From NCBI GenBank assembly GCA_963729045.1, contig CAVSMN010000009.1:64001-128000 (forward strand): a DNA stretch of 64,000 nt, given 5' to 3'. Under the pieces are notes generated by a model, which worked only from the letters and a program-made list of their open reading frames with translations, was not told the DNA's origin and did not search any database. This document shows positions 21,347 to 31,574 of this stretch, one piece after another. The DNA comes from an uncultured Nitrososphaeraceae archaeon (GTDB lineage: Archaea; Thermoproteota; Nitrososphaeria; Nitrososphaerales; Nitrososphaeraceae). Within the stretch, counting starts at the first letter, position 1. Every line of letters starts with the position of its first letter. Both the position numbers and the translations under genes were made by a program.

Positions 21347-21751
21347 TTATACTCTTCTGCCTCTACGACCACCAGGTTTTCTAGTAGTATCATGAGGAAC
21401 TGGGGTAACGTCATCTATTCTACCTATACGAAATCCAGCTCGAGCCAGGGCTCTTATGGCAGCCTGAGCACCAGGACCAGGAATTCTTGGTCCAACTCCA
21501 CCTACTGCTCTTACGCGTATATGGAGTGCATTAATACCCTTTGTTTTGGCAGCGTCAGCTGCAGAAACGGCAGATTTCATAGCTGCATACGGAGAAGATT
21601 CATAACGATCTGCTGTTACATGGCGTCCGCCCGAACTAATGGAAATAGTTTCTGCACCGCTTATGTCTGTTATATGGACTAAAGTATTATTATAACTACT
21701 AAAAATATGGGCTACCCCCCATTTATATTGAGTAATTTCCTCTTGTGACAT
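21347..21751 (-). CDS. rps11: 30S ribosomal protein S11 (uS11)
   Basis: [49 protein letters not shown]. Confidence 0.97.
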   Translation of the reverse strand: MSQEEITQYKWGVAHIFSSYNNTLVHITDISGAETISISSGGRHVTADRYESSPYAAMKSAVSAADAAKTKGINALHIRVRAVGGVGPRIPGPGAQAAIRALARAGFRIGRIDDVTPVPHDTTRKPGGRRGRRV

Positions 21752-21790
21752 GAATGTAGAATTTTTTGATTGTCACATTTAAAAACCTTC

Positions 21791-22819
21791 TTAAGTAAAA
21801 TGCGTATATCCTTTTTTTTTAAGCAATTTCTTATTTCCATTGGAAGTGAGAACAAATACTCGCCCATTCCCACTAACTACTTTGCCGATAATATACAATT
21901 TTAGTTGATGCATTTTCAAAATCTTGGAAATTTCCAGTAGATTTTTTTCTGATATTGTTCCTACTATATTGTATTCCTCACCTCCATAAAATACTAGGTC
22001 GTGAAAATCAAGATTATTTATTGATAAAAACTCCTTCAATTTTGGTGGAATAGGAATCTTGTCCTCCTCTATTAGTAAGTTCACTCCACTTTGTTTTGAT
22101 AGCTCTTGTAGTGAAGAGGCAAGGCCATCACTAGAATCCATGGATGAAGAAAAATAATGGGCAATAAATATTCCAAATTCATAAGAAGGAGAAGGTTTTA
22201 AGACGGAATCAATCGATCTTTTTCTAAAGTAACTATCTGGGCTTGATAGATTGTTTATTAGAATTTTCAATCCTGAAGAACTATAACCGAAAATACCAGA
22301 AACAACCACATAATCACCAATACATGCCCCATTTCTTCTAGGTATGTTTGCTACCGAAGATAAAGATCCAAACATACAGCAATCAATTATGATTTCCTTA
22401 GATTCATTAATATCACCACCAACAATATCTATTCCAAACTCTTTTGAAGCTAAAGACAACCCATTAATTAGTCTAGAAATTTCAGAGTTTTTTAATGATT
22501 TGGGTAACCCTAATGATATTAAAGCGGCTTTTGGCATTATTCCTTTTGAAACCAGATCACTCACACTAGAAACCACAGATTTTCGGGCTATTTGTTCAAA
22601 TGTCATTTTGGGTGGGACGTCAGTATGTTCAACTAACATGTCACACGTAACAGCCAAAAATTTATTATCATTAAATTCATTAGATGAAGAATTTAATGAA
22701 TCTAAAGGCATAATTGATATGTCATCCTTACCTAAATATGGTTCCATATTATTGTTACCAAATTTAGATACAATTAAATTCAGTATTTGTTTCTCATTAA
22801 ATTTTTTCATAGATTTCAA
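21791..22819 (-). CDS. thiL: Thiamine-monophosphate kinase
   Basis: GKDD, DMLVEHTD, SVSDL, IVGGD, MDSSDGL, GGEEY. Confidence 0.92.
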   Translation of the reverse strand: MKSMKKFNEKQILNLIVSKFGNNNMEPYLGKDDISIMPLDSLNSSSNEFNDNKFLAVTCDMLVEHTDVPPKMTFEQIARKSVVSSVSDLVSKGIMPKAALISLGLPKSLKNSEISRLINGLSLASKEFGIDIVGGDINESKEIIIDCCMFGSLSSVANIPRRNGACIGDYVVVSGIFGYSSSGLKILINNLSSPDSYFRKRSIDSVLKPSPSYEFGIFIAHYFSSSMDSSDGLASSLQELSKQSGVNLLIEEDKIPIPPKLKEFLSINNLDFHDLVFYGGEEYNIVGTISEKNLLEISKILKMHQLKLYIIGKVVSGNGRVFVLTSNGNKKLLKKKGYTHFT

Positions 22820-24122
22820 TTATTTTATTATGAAATAATTTATACATAGAATCTACTTTTTCTTTTGTTGACTCCAATGATATTCTAAATGCATGTTCGG
22901 TATTTGAGAAACGTATAAGAATCCAAGAACTTTCGTCCAGAATAAATTTCAAACCATCAGTATATAATACATCTGTTGAATAGGATTTTAACGAAGATAG
23001 TATTTTCTCAAAGAGATATTTACTATCAATTTTAGGATCTATAGAATGCTTTGTTCGTATTTGTTTAAATTTTGAAGATAGATTCATACATTCATTAATT
23101 GTATTCTGATCTAATGAGCTGATAATAACGCTCGCCAATAACCCATCCCTACAAGAAGTAAAGCTTGGCATGATGAATCCCCCGCTACTTCCCTCTCCAC
23201 CTGCTTGTGAATCGGTTTCAAAAATCCTTTTTATCACGTTTGATTCTCCAACTTTAGATACAAAGACTTGACCACCATGATTATTGACATATTGTTCAAT
23301 TGAGAGACTAGAGTCGAGGCTAATGGTAAATCTTTTGAATCCGTTATTGCGTACAACGCCAGCAATACATAACAATAAAGTCGAATCAGGATTAAGCTGA
23401 ATGCCTTCATTGTTAACGATTACCAGTCGATCCCCATCCAAGTCAAAGGCAAAACCAAAATTCAACTTATTTATTTTAACTAATTCACATAATTCCACCA
23501 AGGGATCAGACGTTGGGTCGGGACCACGAGAAGAGAATCCCAGCTTGTCATTTATTCCAAGATATTTTACATGATAGGAATCAAGCAACTGATTAGCATA
23601 ATTGCATGCTGCCCCCCCTCCAAAATCGATACCAACTTTGAAATTATCATTTGATTGATTTGGTTGTGGAATATAGTTTGTTATATCGTTCAAAAAGCTG
23701 GCATTAATTTTGAAATATTGGCCAATTTTAACATGATCTTGGATTTTCGTTTTTAATACCTGATCTAAATCTTCCTCAAATAATCCTCTCCCTTTTATAA
23801 GCATCTTCAACCCATTCCAAGTTAGCGGGTTATGTGATGCTGTAATCATTAAAGCACCAGAATATTTTCTGGACTCTCTAAACAAAACTGGTGTAGGTGC
23901 AATACCTAGATCATAAACATTAATCCCTTGTTCTAAAAGACATCCGATTACGATATCTGTAATTATGCCTCCTGATGGTCTACTATCTCTTGCAATTACA
24001 CAAGTCTGCATATCATAATTATTTTTCAAATAAGATCCATAAACCCTAGAAAAACGGGCTATCTCTTGTATACTAAGGTCATCTCCAAATATCCCCCTTA
24101 TTCCTGAGATAGATATCTTCAC
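22797..24122 (-). CDS. Phosphomannomutase/phosphoglucomutase family
   Basis: SGIRG, ARDSR, ITASHNP, FDLDGDR, GGEGS, IRFSNTE. GTG start at ~24122 inferred. Confidence 0.92.
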   Translation of the reverse strand: MKISISGIRGIFGDDLSIQEIARFSRVYGSYLKNNYDMQTCVIARDSRPSGGIITDIVIGCLLEQGINVYDLGIAPTPVLFRESRKYSGALMITASHNPLTWNGLKMLIKGRGLFEEDLDQVLKTKIQDHVKIGQYFKINASFLNDITNYIPQPNQSNDNFKVGIDFGGGAACNYANQLLDSYHVKYLGINDKLGFSSRGPDPTSDPLVELCELVKINKLNFGFAFDLDGDRLVIVNNEGIQLNPDSTLLLCIAGVVRNNGFKRFTISLDSSLSIEQYVNNHGGQVFVSKVGESNVIKRIFETDSQAGGEGSSGGFIMPSFTSCRDGLLASVIISSLDQNTINECMNLSSKFKQIRTKHSIDPKIDSKYLFEKILSSLKSYSTDVLYTDGLKFILDESSWILIRFSNTEHAFRISLESTKEKVDSMYKLFHNKIIEIYEKI

Positions 24123-24184
24123 GAAAATAATGAGGTAGATGCAATAATTTATGTTAACTGGATTAAAAAAAGAAAAGTAATAGA

Positions 24185-24595
24185 TCAGGAGAAACGCGAA
24201 CCGGTCAACAGTACTTCGCATTGTTCACAGATTCTTTTGTCTATATTTGACTCAATACTATGGTGGACATCACATATTATGAAAGTATATCGCATAAAAT
24301 TACATAGTTGAATAAATTTTGTCATCGTACTTGGAGAATAAGCATTATTTGTAGAAAGATCTTTGGATATATCGTTTATCATTTTCATAACTTCAAAATT
24401 ATCTTCCAGTTTAGCTACCAATGAAAGATCGCCCCGTGTTCCTCTGATGTAATTACTAACTGCAGCTTGAGTAATCCCAAGAAGTTTTGCTACAGTCTCT
24501 TCTTTAAGATCATAATCTCGAATTAATCTTTTAGACAAAATAGCACGAATAGCAGGAATCAAAGATTTGGATTCAATTTCAGAGGGTAACAACAT
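24185..24595 (-). CDS. HTH transcriptional regulator with a Cys/His-rich C-terminus
   Basis: PSE...IPAIRA, VAKLLGITQAAVSNY..G.RG, C...C..HH...C..C. Confidence 0.85.
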   Translation of the reverse strand: MLLPSEIESKSLIPAIRAILSKRLIRDYDLKEETVAKLLGITQAAVSNYIRGTRGDLSLVAKLEDNFEVMKMINDISKDLSTNNAYSPSTMTKFIQLCNFMRYTFIICDVHHSIESNIDKRICEQCEVLLTGSRFS

Positions 24596-24676
24596 AATAA
24601 TAATTCCTAAATTTCTAATTATATAAAGATTTTTTTAAAAATTAAAATAAACAAAAAATAATTGGGTGATATGGAT

Positions 24677-24970
24677 TTAGCCTTCTTCCCAGCCTTTATC
24701 AAATACACCGTTTTTATGTAATGGAACTGGTTGGCCTGCAGTATATTCTAATGGTCTCATCCAGAATATAGCATGAGTTGGACAAACACCTAGACATGCA
24801 CCGTCAGAAATACATCTCTCGGGATAAAAGACAAATGCTTTGCCTCTTTTCCAACCTTCAACAGGTTTAACACGAAGTACATCCGGACCTAATGCGGTAC
24901 AAATTTCTACACAAAGCGCACACCCAATGCATCTTTGTTCATCAACATCTGGAAGTATAGCAATTGGCAT
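24677..24970 (-). CDS. 4Fe-4S dicluster ferredoxin
   Basis: CIGCALCVEIC and CISDGACLGVCP. Confidence 0.93.
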   Translation of the reverse strand: MPIAILPDVDEQRCIGCALCVEICTALGPDVLRVKPVEGWKRGKAFVFYPERCISDGACLGVCPTHAIFWMRPLEYTAGQPVPLHKNGVFDKGWEEG

Positions 24971-25070
24971 CTAATAATTCACTACTCGTCTTGTAACGAT
25001 AAAACTATTTAAACTATATGCCAATAACAAAACAGTGTTATACAAAAGATAAAAAACTAGATAGTAATAT

Positions 25071-25292
25071 CTATTTTTTAATTTGACGCATTACGTCTAC
25101 TTGACCACTATGAAGCCAGTCTTTTAATTCTTCATGTGATGGTTTTGCATCATGCTTACCCTGAAGATGAAGATGGAGTAATACATAATTTACCTGATTC
25201 AATAAAACCTTGTTGGCTTCATCGCCCTTGCGAGCTTTTGCTTTTAATTCCTCCGGAACGGTTGCCCACCATTCCTCAAATGATCTTACCAT
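25071..25292 (-). CDS. Small hypothetical protein
   Basis: 73-aa ORF with ATG start and protein-like composition. Confidence 0.7.
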   Translation of the reverse strand: MVRSFEEWWATVPEELKAKARKGDEANKVLLNQVNYVLLHLHLQGKHDAKPSHEELKDWLHSGQVDVMRQIKK

Positions 25293-25421
25293 TAAAAAAT
25301 CAGCGCTTAGTTACTTTATAAATATTTTGAAATATTAAACCACAAATATAGAAATTAGCATGAAAAAGTCTTAAAATTACGACCTAGAAAATACATATAA
25401 CCTATAATCAGTTTTTAAGGT

Positions 25422-26249
25422 ATGCCCTTTTTGATTGATGATATTAATTACGCACAAAAGGAATTAAACACATTTAGATTAAAAACCTCGGGCATCAGAG
25501 ATGGGTCCATCCATGAGAGATTCATTTTTCCTTTTCTTTGCGGTTCATATTTCACATACAGAAAGGTAGACGTAGAAAGAATAACCTCAATAGCTAAAGC
25601 GGTATCTAAAGATCCAACTTACTTAGATGTTGGATGTGGTTATGGCGATTTCTTGGAAAAAATTATTCAATATTTACCTAATGCAGAAGGTATTGAAAAG
25701 AGCGCCGACATATTTTTCAAATTAAGAAGATACAAGCCAGATTATATTAAAATTGGTGATGCATATAATGGAATAGAAAAAAAATATGATCTAATATTTG
25801 TTGGATGGATGGAGCCTGGGGTCGATTACAGGGATAAAATTGCTGCAAGTACAGATGTAATAATTACAACTTTCGATAAGGGTGGACAATGTGGAATGAA
25901 TGGAGAATGCGAAATGGATGAGTATGGGTTTGAAAAAATAGCAAGCTGGATAACTCCATCCTGGATTGACGTTAATACAGAACTATTGAACAAATATTAT
26001 TCAAAAATACCACACAGAACCATTGAATTTTTAAAACAGCTAAGGGGAGCGCACAATTTATGGTATGTTTATTCTAAACCAAAATACAAAGACATCATAA
26101 AAGAAACATTAATCAAATCTAGTAAAAAAGATTACAGTAAGGATGTTTATGAGCATGAAAAAATCTTGGATGAATGTGGGTTTAGTTATAATGAAATGCT
26201 CCCTTCAAATCCGGATATTTGCTTATGGAAAATAAAATTTGAGGAATAA
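25422..26249 (+). CDS. Class I SAM-dependent methyltransferase, paralogue A
   Basis: YLDVGCGYG motif I, GIE motif II, IGDA, YDLIFVGW. Confidence 0.85.
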   Translation: MPFLIDDINYAQKELNTFRLKTSGIRDGSIHERFIFPFLCGSYFTYRKVDVERITSIAKAVSKDPTYLDVGCGYGDFLEKIIQYLPNAEGIEKSADIFFKLRRYKPDYIKIGDAYNGIEKKYDLIFVGWMEPGVDYRDKIAASTDVIITTFDKGGQCGMNGECEMDEYGFEKIASWITPSWIDVNTELLNKYYSKIPHRTIEFLKQLRGAHNLWYVYSKPKYKDIIKETLIKSSKKDYSKDVYEHEKILDECGFSYNEMLPSNPDICLWKIKFEE

Positions 26250-27058
26250 TGCCTCCAGAAATAAATGATTTAGGTATTGCATTAAATGCATTAAAAGAAT
26301 TTAGAAAATATTCTATTTCATCTCATCATGAGAGATTCATTTTTCCTTTTCTTTGCGGTTCATATTTCACATACAGAAAGGTAGACGTAGAAAGAATAAC
26401 CTCAATAGCTAAAGCGGTATCTAAAGATCCAACTTACTTAGATGTTGGATGTGGTTATGGCGATTTCTTGGAAAAAATTATTCAATATTTACCTAATGCA
26501 GAAGGTATTGAAAAGAGCGCCGACATATTTTTCAAATTAAGAAGATACAAGCCAGATTATATTAAAATTGGTGATGCATATAATGGAATAGAAAAAAAAT
26601 ATGATCTAATATTTGTTGGATGGATGGAGCCTGGGGTCGATTACAGGGATAAAATTGCTGCAAGTACAGATGTAATAATTACAACTTTGGATCAAGGTTT
26701 GAGCCTTGCAGTAGAGTTTGAGGGACACGGGTTTGAAAAAATAGCAAGCTGGATAACTCCATCCTGGGATGATATAAACACAGAAATAACTAACAAATAT
26801 TATTCAAAAATACCACACAGAACCATTGAATTTTTAAAACAGCTAAGGGGAGCGCACAATTTATGGTATGTTTATTCTAAACCAAAATACAAAGACATCA
26901 TAAAAGAAACATTAAGAAAATGTCTTAAATATGAAGGGCAAAGGGAAATACATACATATGAATTTGAGGATGTTTTAGATGACGCAGGATATGGATATTT
27001 AGAGAGCATTAAAAGTAGTAATGAAGAGTATCTATTGTGGAATATTGATTTTAGTTAG
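26249..27058 (+). CDS. Class I SAM-dependent methyltransferase, paralogue B
   Basis: Same motifs as paralogue A; TAATG stop/start overlap with A. Confidence 0.85.
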   Translation: MPPEINDLGIALNALKEFRKYSISSHHERFIFPFLCGSYFTYRKVDVERITSIAKAVSKDPTYLDVGCGYGDFLEKIIQYLPNAEGIEKSADIFFKLRRYKPDYIKIGDAYNGIEKKYDLIFVGWMEPGVDYRDKIAASTDVIITTLDQGLSLAVEFEGHGFEKIASWITPSWDDINTEITNKYYSKIPHRTIEFLKQLRGAHNLWYVYSKPKYKDIIKETLRKCLKYEGQREIHTYEFEDVLDDAGYGYLESIKSSNEEYLLWNIDFS

Positions 27059-27105
27059 TAATAATGCAAAAAGACTAATATGATAAATAAATTAAGTAGT
27101 TTTCA

Positions 27106-28368
27106 TTGAAAGTTACAACGTTAGGAGCTGCCAGAGAAGTTGGAAGATCCGCATTCTTGATTAATTCAAATAATACAAATATTCTACTAGATTACGGAGT
27201 TCTTTTGAAGAAGGAACCTCTTTTTCCGATTCAAGTGAATCCAAAGGATATTGATGCAGTCGTAATAACTCATGCACATCTGGATCATTCAGGATGTGCT
27301 CCATCCCTTTTTCTTCAAGAAGATTCAAATCTAGAAGCTTTAGCAACTATGCCTACATTTGAACTCTCCGAGCTACTAATTCAAGATATGATAAAAATAT
27401 CAGGCTTCTATCTTCCTTTTCAGTATCATGATTTAGTGAACATGTTAAATCATGCAAGACATCTAGATTACAAGAGTAGTCACACCATAAGGGACACAAA
27501 CATTACTTTTCATGAATCGGGACACGTTATCGGTGGTGCAACAGTTTTAGTTGAATCAGATGGAAAAAAACTGTTCTATACCGGCGATATGAATACACGA
27601 GGTTCCAAGGTTCTGAGACCTGCCGACCTTGATGTAGGCGAAATTGATATGTTAATAATTGAGAGTACTTATTCCCAAGCAGAGCAGGTTCCCAGGGAAC
27701 AATCTGAAAGGGAATTAGTAAAATTTGCAAAGGAAGTGGTCGAGAGGAACGGTGTATTTTTTATACCTGCATTTTCTGTGGAAAGAGCCCAAGAAATTGC
27801 TTGCGTACTTAAAACATATAATTTTCCATACAAAATTGCTATGGATGGGATGGCATTAAAAACCAATGATATCATGCTCAGATATCCAAAGTATCTTAGA
27901 GACCCTCAGATGTTTAAGAGTTCGATTGAAGATGTTGAAAGAATAACAAGCTGGCAAAGAAGGAAAAGGGTAGTTAAAGAACCCGGAGTAATAATTTCTC
28001 CGGCTGGTATGTTAGTTGGCGGTACAGCGGTTTTTTATATAGAGGAAATTTGCAAGAGCCAATACAATGGAATTGCTCTGGTTTCCTATCAAGGGGAGGG
28101 AACGCCAGGAAGATCTTTACTCGATAAGAGACAAGTAACTTATAATGGAAGAACAATAAAATGTTTGGCAGAAGTAAATAGATTTGACTTTTCAGGACAT
28201 AATAGTAGGACAGAATTATTTGAGATTTTAGATAAGGTGAAAGGAAACCCTCAAGTAATGACTGTTCATGGCGATAACTTATCATGCACCAAATTTGCAG
28301 AAGAAATTATTGAAAAGTATGGGTATAAGGCTCATGCTCCAGAAGCCGGTGAGATAACCACGGTTTAA
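27106..28368 (+). CDS. Metallo-beta-lactamase/beta-CASP ribonuclease (aCPSF2-like)
   Basis: LGAAREVGRS, THAHLDHSG, SGHVIG, YTGD, IESTY, ERAQE, FSGH, VHG. Confidence 0.92.
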   Translation: MKVTTLGAAREVGRSAFLINSNNTNILLDYGVLLKKEPLFPIQVNPKDIDAVVITHAHLDHSGCAPSLFLQEDSNLEALATMPTFELSELLIQDMIKISGFYLPFQYHDLVNMLNHARHLDYKSSHTIRDTNITFHESGHVIGGATVLVESDGKKLFYTGDMNTRGSKVLRPADLDVGEIDMLIIESTYSQAEQVPREQSERELVKFAKEVVERNGVFFIPAFSVERAQEIACVLKTYNFPYKIAMDGMALKTNDIMLRYPKYLRDPQMFKSSIEDVERITSWQRRKRVVKEPGVIISPAGMLVGGTAVFYIEEICKSQYNGIALVSYQGEGTPGRSLLDKRQVTYNGRTIKCLAEVNRFDFSGHNSRTELFEILDKVKGNPQVMTVHGDNLSCTKFAEEIIEKYGYKAHAPEAGEITTV

Positions 28369-28427
28369 CCAAGAAAAGAATACAATGTTACATATAACAG
28401 CAACCCCCTGGTAAAATTTTCTTACAA

Positions 28428-29309
28428 TTGAATAGCAGATGTACTCTCAATATTAATTCAACCATTAATAGCGGACAATCCTTTCTTTGGGAAAAAAGAG
28501 ATAAATCATGGTATGGAATATATGAAGAATCGATATTAAAAATAACTGAATATGAAAACAATGGTGAAAAAGCATACGAATATGATTCTTTTCCTAAAAT
28601 AGAGAACTGGCAACAGCATGTATTTAGATTTGATGACAAATACGATCAGATTATGAATGAAATTTCTGGAAAGGACATAATAATAGACAATGTAACGAAA
28701 AAATATCCGGGATTACGAATTATGAGACAAAGACCAATTCAATGTATTATATCATTCCTATGTTCTAGTAATAACAATATCCCAAGAATTCGACTGATAT
28801 TGAGAAATCTCTCCAAGAAATTTGGAAAAAAAGTGGAATGGGATAGTAATGAATTTTATACATTTCCAAGTCTAACAACGCTACACACTACTTCTGTACC
28901 AGAACTCTTACTTTGTGGATTAGGATATAGAGCAGAATTTGTAATAAAAACAGTAAGAGAAATAGTAAAACAAGAAACTGACATGGTAAAATTAGCAGAA
29001 ATGGATTACGATAAAGCAAAACAAGAAATATTGAAGTTAAGTGGAGTTGGAGACAAAATAGCAGATTGTATATTATTATTTTCTTTAAACAAATTAGAAG
29101 CATTTCCAATTGATACTTGGATTATAAAATTTTTTCAAAAAAAATTGAATCAAATCTTAGACGAAGATATGAAAATAAATGAAAAGATTACTCCCAACCA
29201 ATATAGAGTGTTATCGAAAAAAATTAGAGAACACTATGGAAGATATTCTGGATATGCCCAGCAATATCTTTATTATAGTATCAGAGAAGAAAATGGAAGA
29301 AAATGGTAG
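28428..29309 (+). CDS. 8-oxoguanine DNA glycosylase (OGG1-like, HhH-GPD)
   Basis: SGQSFLW, SFLCSSNNNIPRI, GLGYRA, GVGDKIADC, FPIDTW, GYAQQYL. Confidence 0.9.
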   Translation: MNSRCTLNINSTINSGQSFLWEKRDKSWYGIYEESILKITEYENNGEKAYEYDSFPKIENWQQHVFRFDDKYDQIMNEISGKDIIIDNVTKKYPGLRIMRQRPIQCIISFLCSSNNNIPRIRLILRNLSKKFGKKVEWDSNEFYTFPSLTTLHTTSVPELLLCGLGYRAEFVIKTVREIVKQETDMVKLAEMDYDKAKQEILKLSGVGDKIADCILLFSLNKLEAFPIDTWIIKFFQKKLNQILDEDMKINEKITPNQYRVLSKKIREHYGRYSGYAQQYLYYSIREENGRKW

Positions 29310-29324
29310 TAGGCTATAATCCAT

Positions 29325-30111
29325 CTACTTATTTCTCTTTTTTTTATTATCGGTCGATTTCTTTGAAGATTTAGAAGTTGATTTCCTAGAACTGGAGGGC
29401 GTATTTTTTGTTGTTTTGGTGGACGTCCTAGAACTAGAGGGCGTATTTTTTGTTGTTTTGGTGGACGTCCTAGAACTAGAGGGCGTATTTTTTGTTGTTT
29501 TGGTTGTAACATTTTTCTCTATTTTTAGTATTCTTTTATCCATTTCCTTAAGTAAAGATTGAGTCTGTTTAATAGATACGGACTGCTTTTCAATAGAATT
29601 GAGACCTTTTTGTAATGGTTGCGTTACTTTTTGTATCTTTTGAATTTCTTTAAACAGTTTATCCACATTCTTATTAATGATCTCTAAGTTTTTCGTTATA
29701 GGAGTTAAATCAATGTCCCTATGATCAGAACTCTTTTTCATAGTTTCCTTTCTACTTGCGCGATTCGATTTTCCCTCTTCATCTTCATCATCCTCATCAT
29801 CTTCATCATCCTCTTCATCATCCTCTTCATCATCCTCTTCATCATCCTCTTCATCATCCTCATTCATCATCCTCTTCTAATTCTAATTCTAATTCATCAT
29901 CCTCTTCATCATCCTCTTCTAATTCTTTTTCTAATTCTTTTTCTAATTCTTCTTTTTTATCTTCGTTATTATCTTCTTTTTTATCTTCGTTATTATCTAA
30001 ATTATTAGATTTTGAAGTGTCATCATCTAGAGATAGAACGTGATCATCAGCTACTATTAATTTCTCTTTTTTATTAATGATAATAGGAAAATATTGAACT
30101 TCTAAAGACAT
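29325..30111 (-). CDS. Low-complexity protein: acidic D/E region, coiled coil, basic S/T/K repeats; 1-nt insertion at ~29862
   Basis: ORFs 29860-30111 and 29325-29870 join if the extra base in the GATGATGAAGAG repeat is removed. Confidence 0.7.
29384..29504. repeat. 42-bp tandem repeat, ~3 copies (TKTTKNTPSSSRTS)
   Basis: Directly visible. Confidence 0.9.
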
Positions 30112-30188
30112 ATCTATACAGTGAAATAAAATACCAAATATTAAAACTGATCTCTATAAAATATTACAAAGTAATAAAAAAATACTAG

Positions 30189-31532
30189 CTAACTTAGTGG
30201 TTTCAATTCCTCCGTAAAAGTATTGTAAATAGACAATGCTTCTTCTTCGCTTTTCGCTCCCACAATCGTGGCGGCTCCACTCGTAAGGAAGCTAATAAGT
30301 AGTTGATTTTGAAAGGACACTGTTATACCCAAATTGCCTTTTGATTTCAATATATACCCATTAGATTCGGCGATTTTCAAAATGTTTGTTAAATCAACCT
30401 CGTTTGTAATTTGGGCGGGGGTAACAGTGTATGTTCTCTTGCCTCGATCTCTTCCGCATAATTCTTCTACCATAATAGACGGAATTTTGATATCTTTTTG
30501 TTCAACATGCAATCCGCAAGAGGGACATTCATCATGTCTATTCATTTGAATTTTATCAAAAACTAAATCATTTAGATCGACGTATAATAATTTATTGACT
30601 AATGATGGCTGCTGTCCAATTGCGATTTTTACTGCTTCAGATACCTGAATTCCAGAGACAAGATAAAGAATTGATGGATGTACTCCCTCAGTGCTACATG
30701 TTGGCATTTCATCCTCAGACAATTCAGGAAAGATGCATCTAAGACAAGCACTCTGATTTGGGAGAATAGTACAGACTGAACCAACCATTCCAAGAGCTCC
30801 AGCATAAATAAAAGGTATGCCTAGTCTTAAGCAAGCATCGTTTAGAGCATATCTAGCATCGATACTATCCAAAGCATCAATAACTATATCATATCCTTTA
30901 ATTATTTTTTCAGCGGTAAATTTAGTAACAGAAATGGGAATAGCTTCTATTTTAACACTAGGATTCATTTTCTGTAAACGTTCCAAGGCAGCTTCAACTT
31001 TTACCTTTCCTATATCTGCATCAGTGTACAAATGTTGTCTGTGAAGATTAGAGATCTCTATTACATCTCTGTCAACTATTCGAATCTCTCCTATTCCCAT
31101 TCCAACTAATTGAGCTAAAACCGGGTTTCCTATTCCTCCTGCACCGACAACACATATTTTTGTATCTTTGAGTTTTTCCATCCCGACATAACCAATTTCC
31201 TCGAGCATAATTTGCCTCGAATATCTTAGCATATCTTGATTAGTTATTTCAGCTCCACCGGCAACTGCAGGCAAAATATAAATAGAATCACCTTCTTTCA
31301 AAACTGAACCCATCCCTGCATTGTTAAAACGCATATTTTTTCCATTAATATAAATATTAATTAATGCTCTAGGCTTTCCATTAATGTCTATAACTCTACG
31401 TTTAAAATCATCACCCATAATACCGGATACAATGTTGAATGCTTCATCCAAAGTTGAAGCATCAATAGACATTTTTTTTTCTCCTGCACCTTTGTTTAAA
31501 ACTGATGGAACAACAAATTCTATTGTGGTCAA
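30189..31532 (-). CDS. Fusion of a MoaD/SAMP ubiquitin-like domain, a ThiF/MoeB E1 adenylyltransferase and a C-terminal domain
   Basis: The Ubl ends at ILPAVAGG (aa 93), followed by RYSRQI, VVGAGGIG, SNLHRQ, DALDS, CLRC, CPSCG and an LCGRD domain. Confidence 0.92.
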   Translation of the reverse strand: MTTIEFVVPSVLNKGAGEKKMSIDASTLDEAFNIVSGIMGDDFKRRVIDINGKPRALINIYINGKNMRFNNAGMGSVLKEGDSIYILPAVAGGAEITNQDMLRYSRQIMLEEIGYVGMEKLKDTKICVVGAGGIGNPVLAQLVGMGIGEIRIVDRDVIEISNLHRQHLYTDADIGKVKVEAALERLQKMNPSVKIEAIPISVTKFTAEKIIKGYDIVIDALDSIDARYALNDACLRLGIPFIYAGALGMVGSVCTILPNQSACLRCIFPELSEDEMPTCSTEGVHPSILYLVSGIQVSEAVKIAIGQQPSLVNKLLYVDLNDLVFDKIQMNRHDECPSCGLHVEQKDIKIPSIMVEELCGRDRGKRTYTVTPAQITNEVDLTNILKIAESNGYILKSKGNLGITVSFQNQLLISFLTSGAATIVGAKSEEEALSIYNTFTEELKPLS

Positions 31533-31574
31533 TTTATAATTAACACCGTAATTTTTCGATTTATATCCGTTTGT

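Noticed and set aside
25422..27058. DGR template/variable repeat pair or restriction-modification methylases
   Set aside because: Differences are not adenine-specific, both copies are coding, and there is no reverse transcriptase. No DPPY/NPPY/PC DNA-methylase motifs and no restriction gene are present.
29721..30043. His-rich and Ile/Phe-rich plus-strand ORFs
   Set aside because: Antisense readings of the D/E-encoding repeat.
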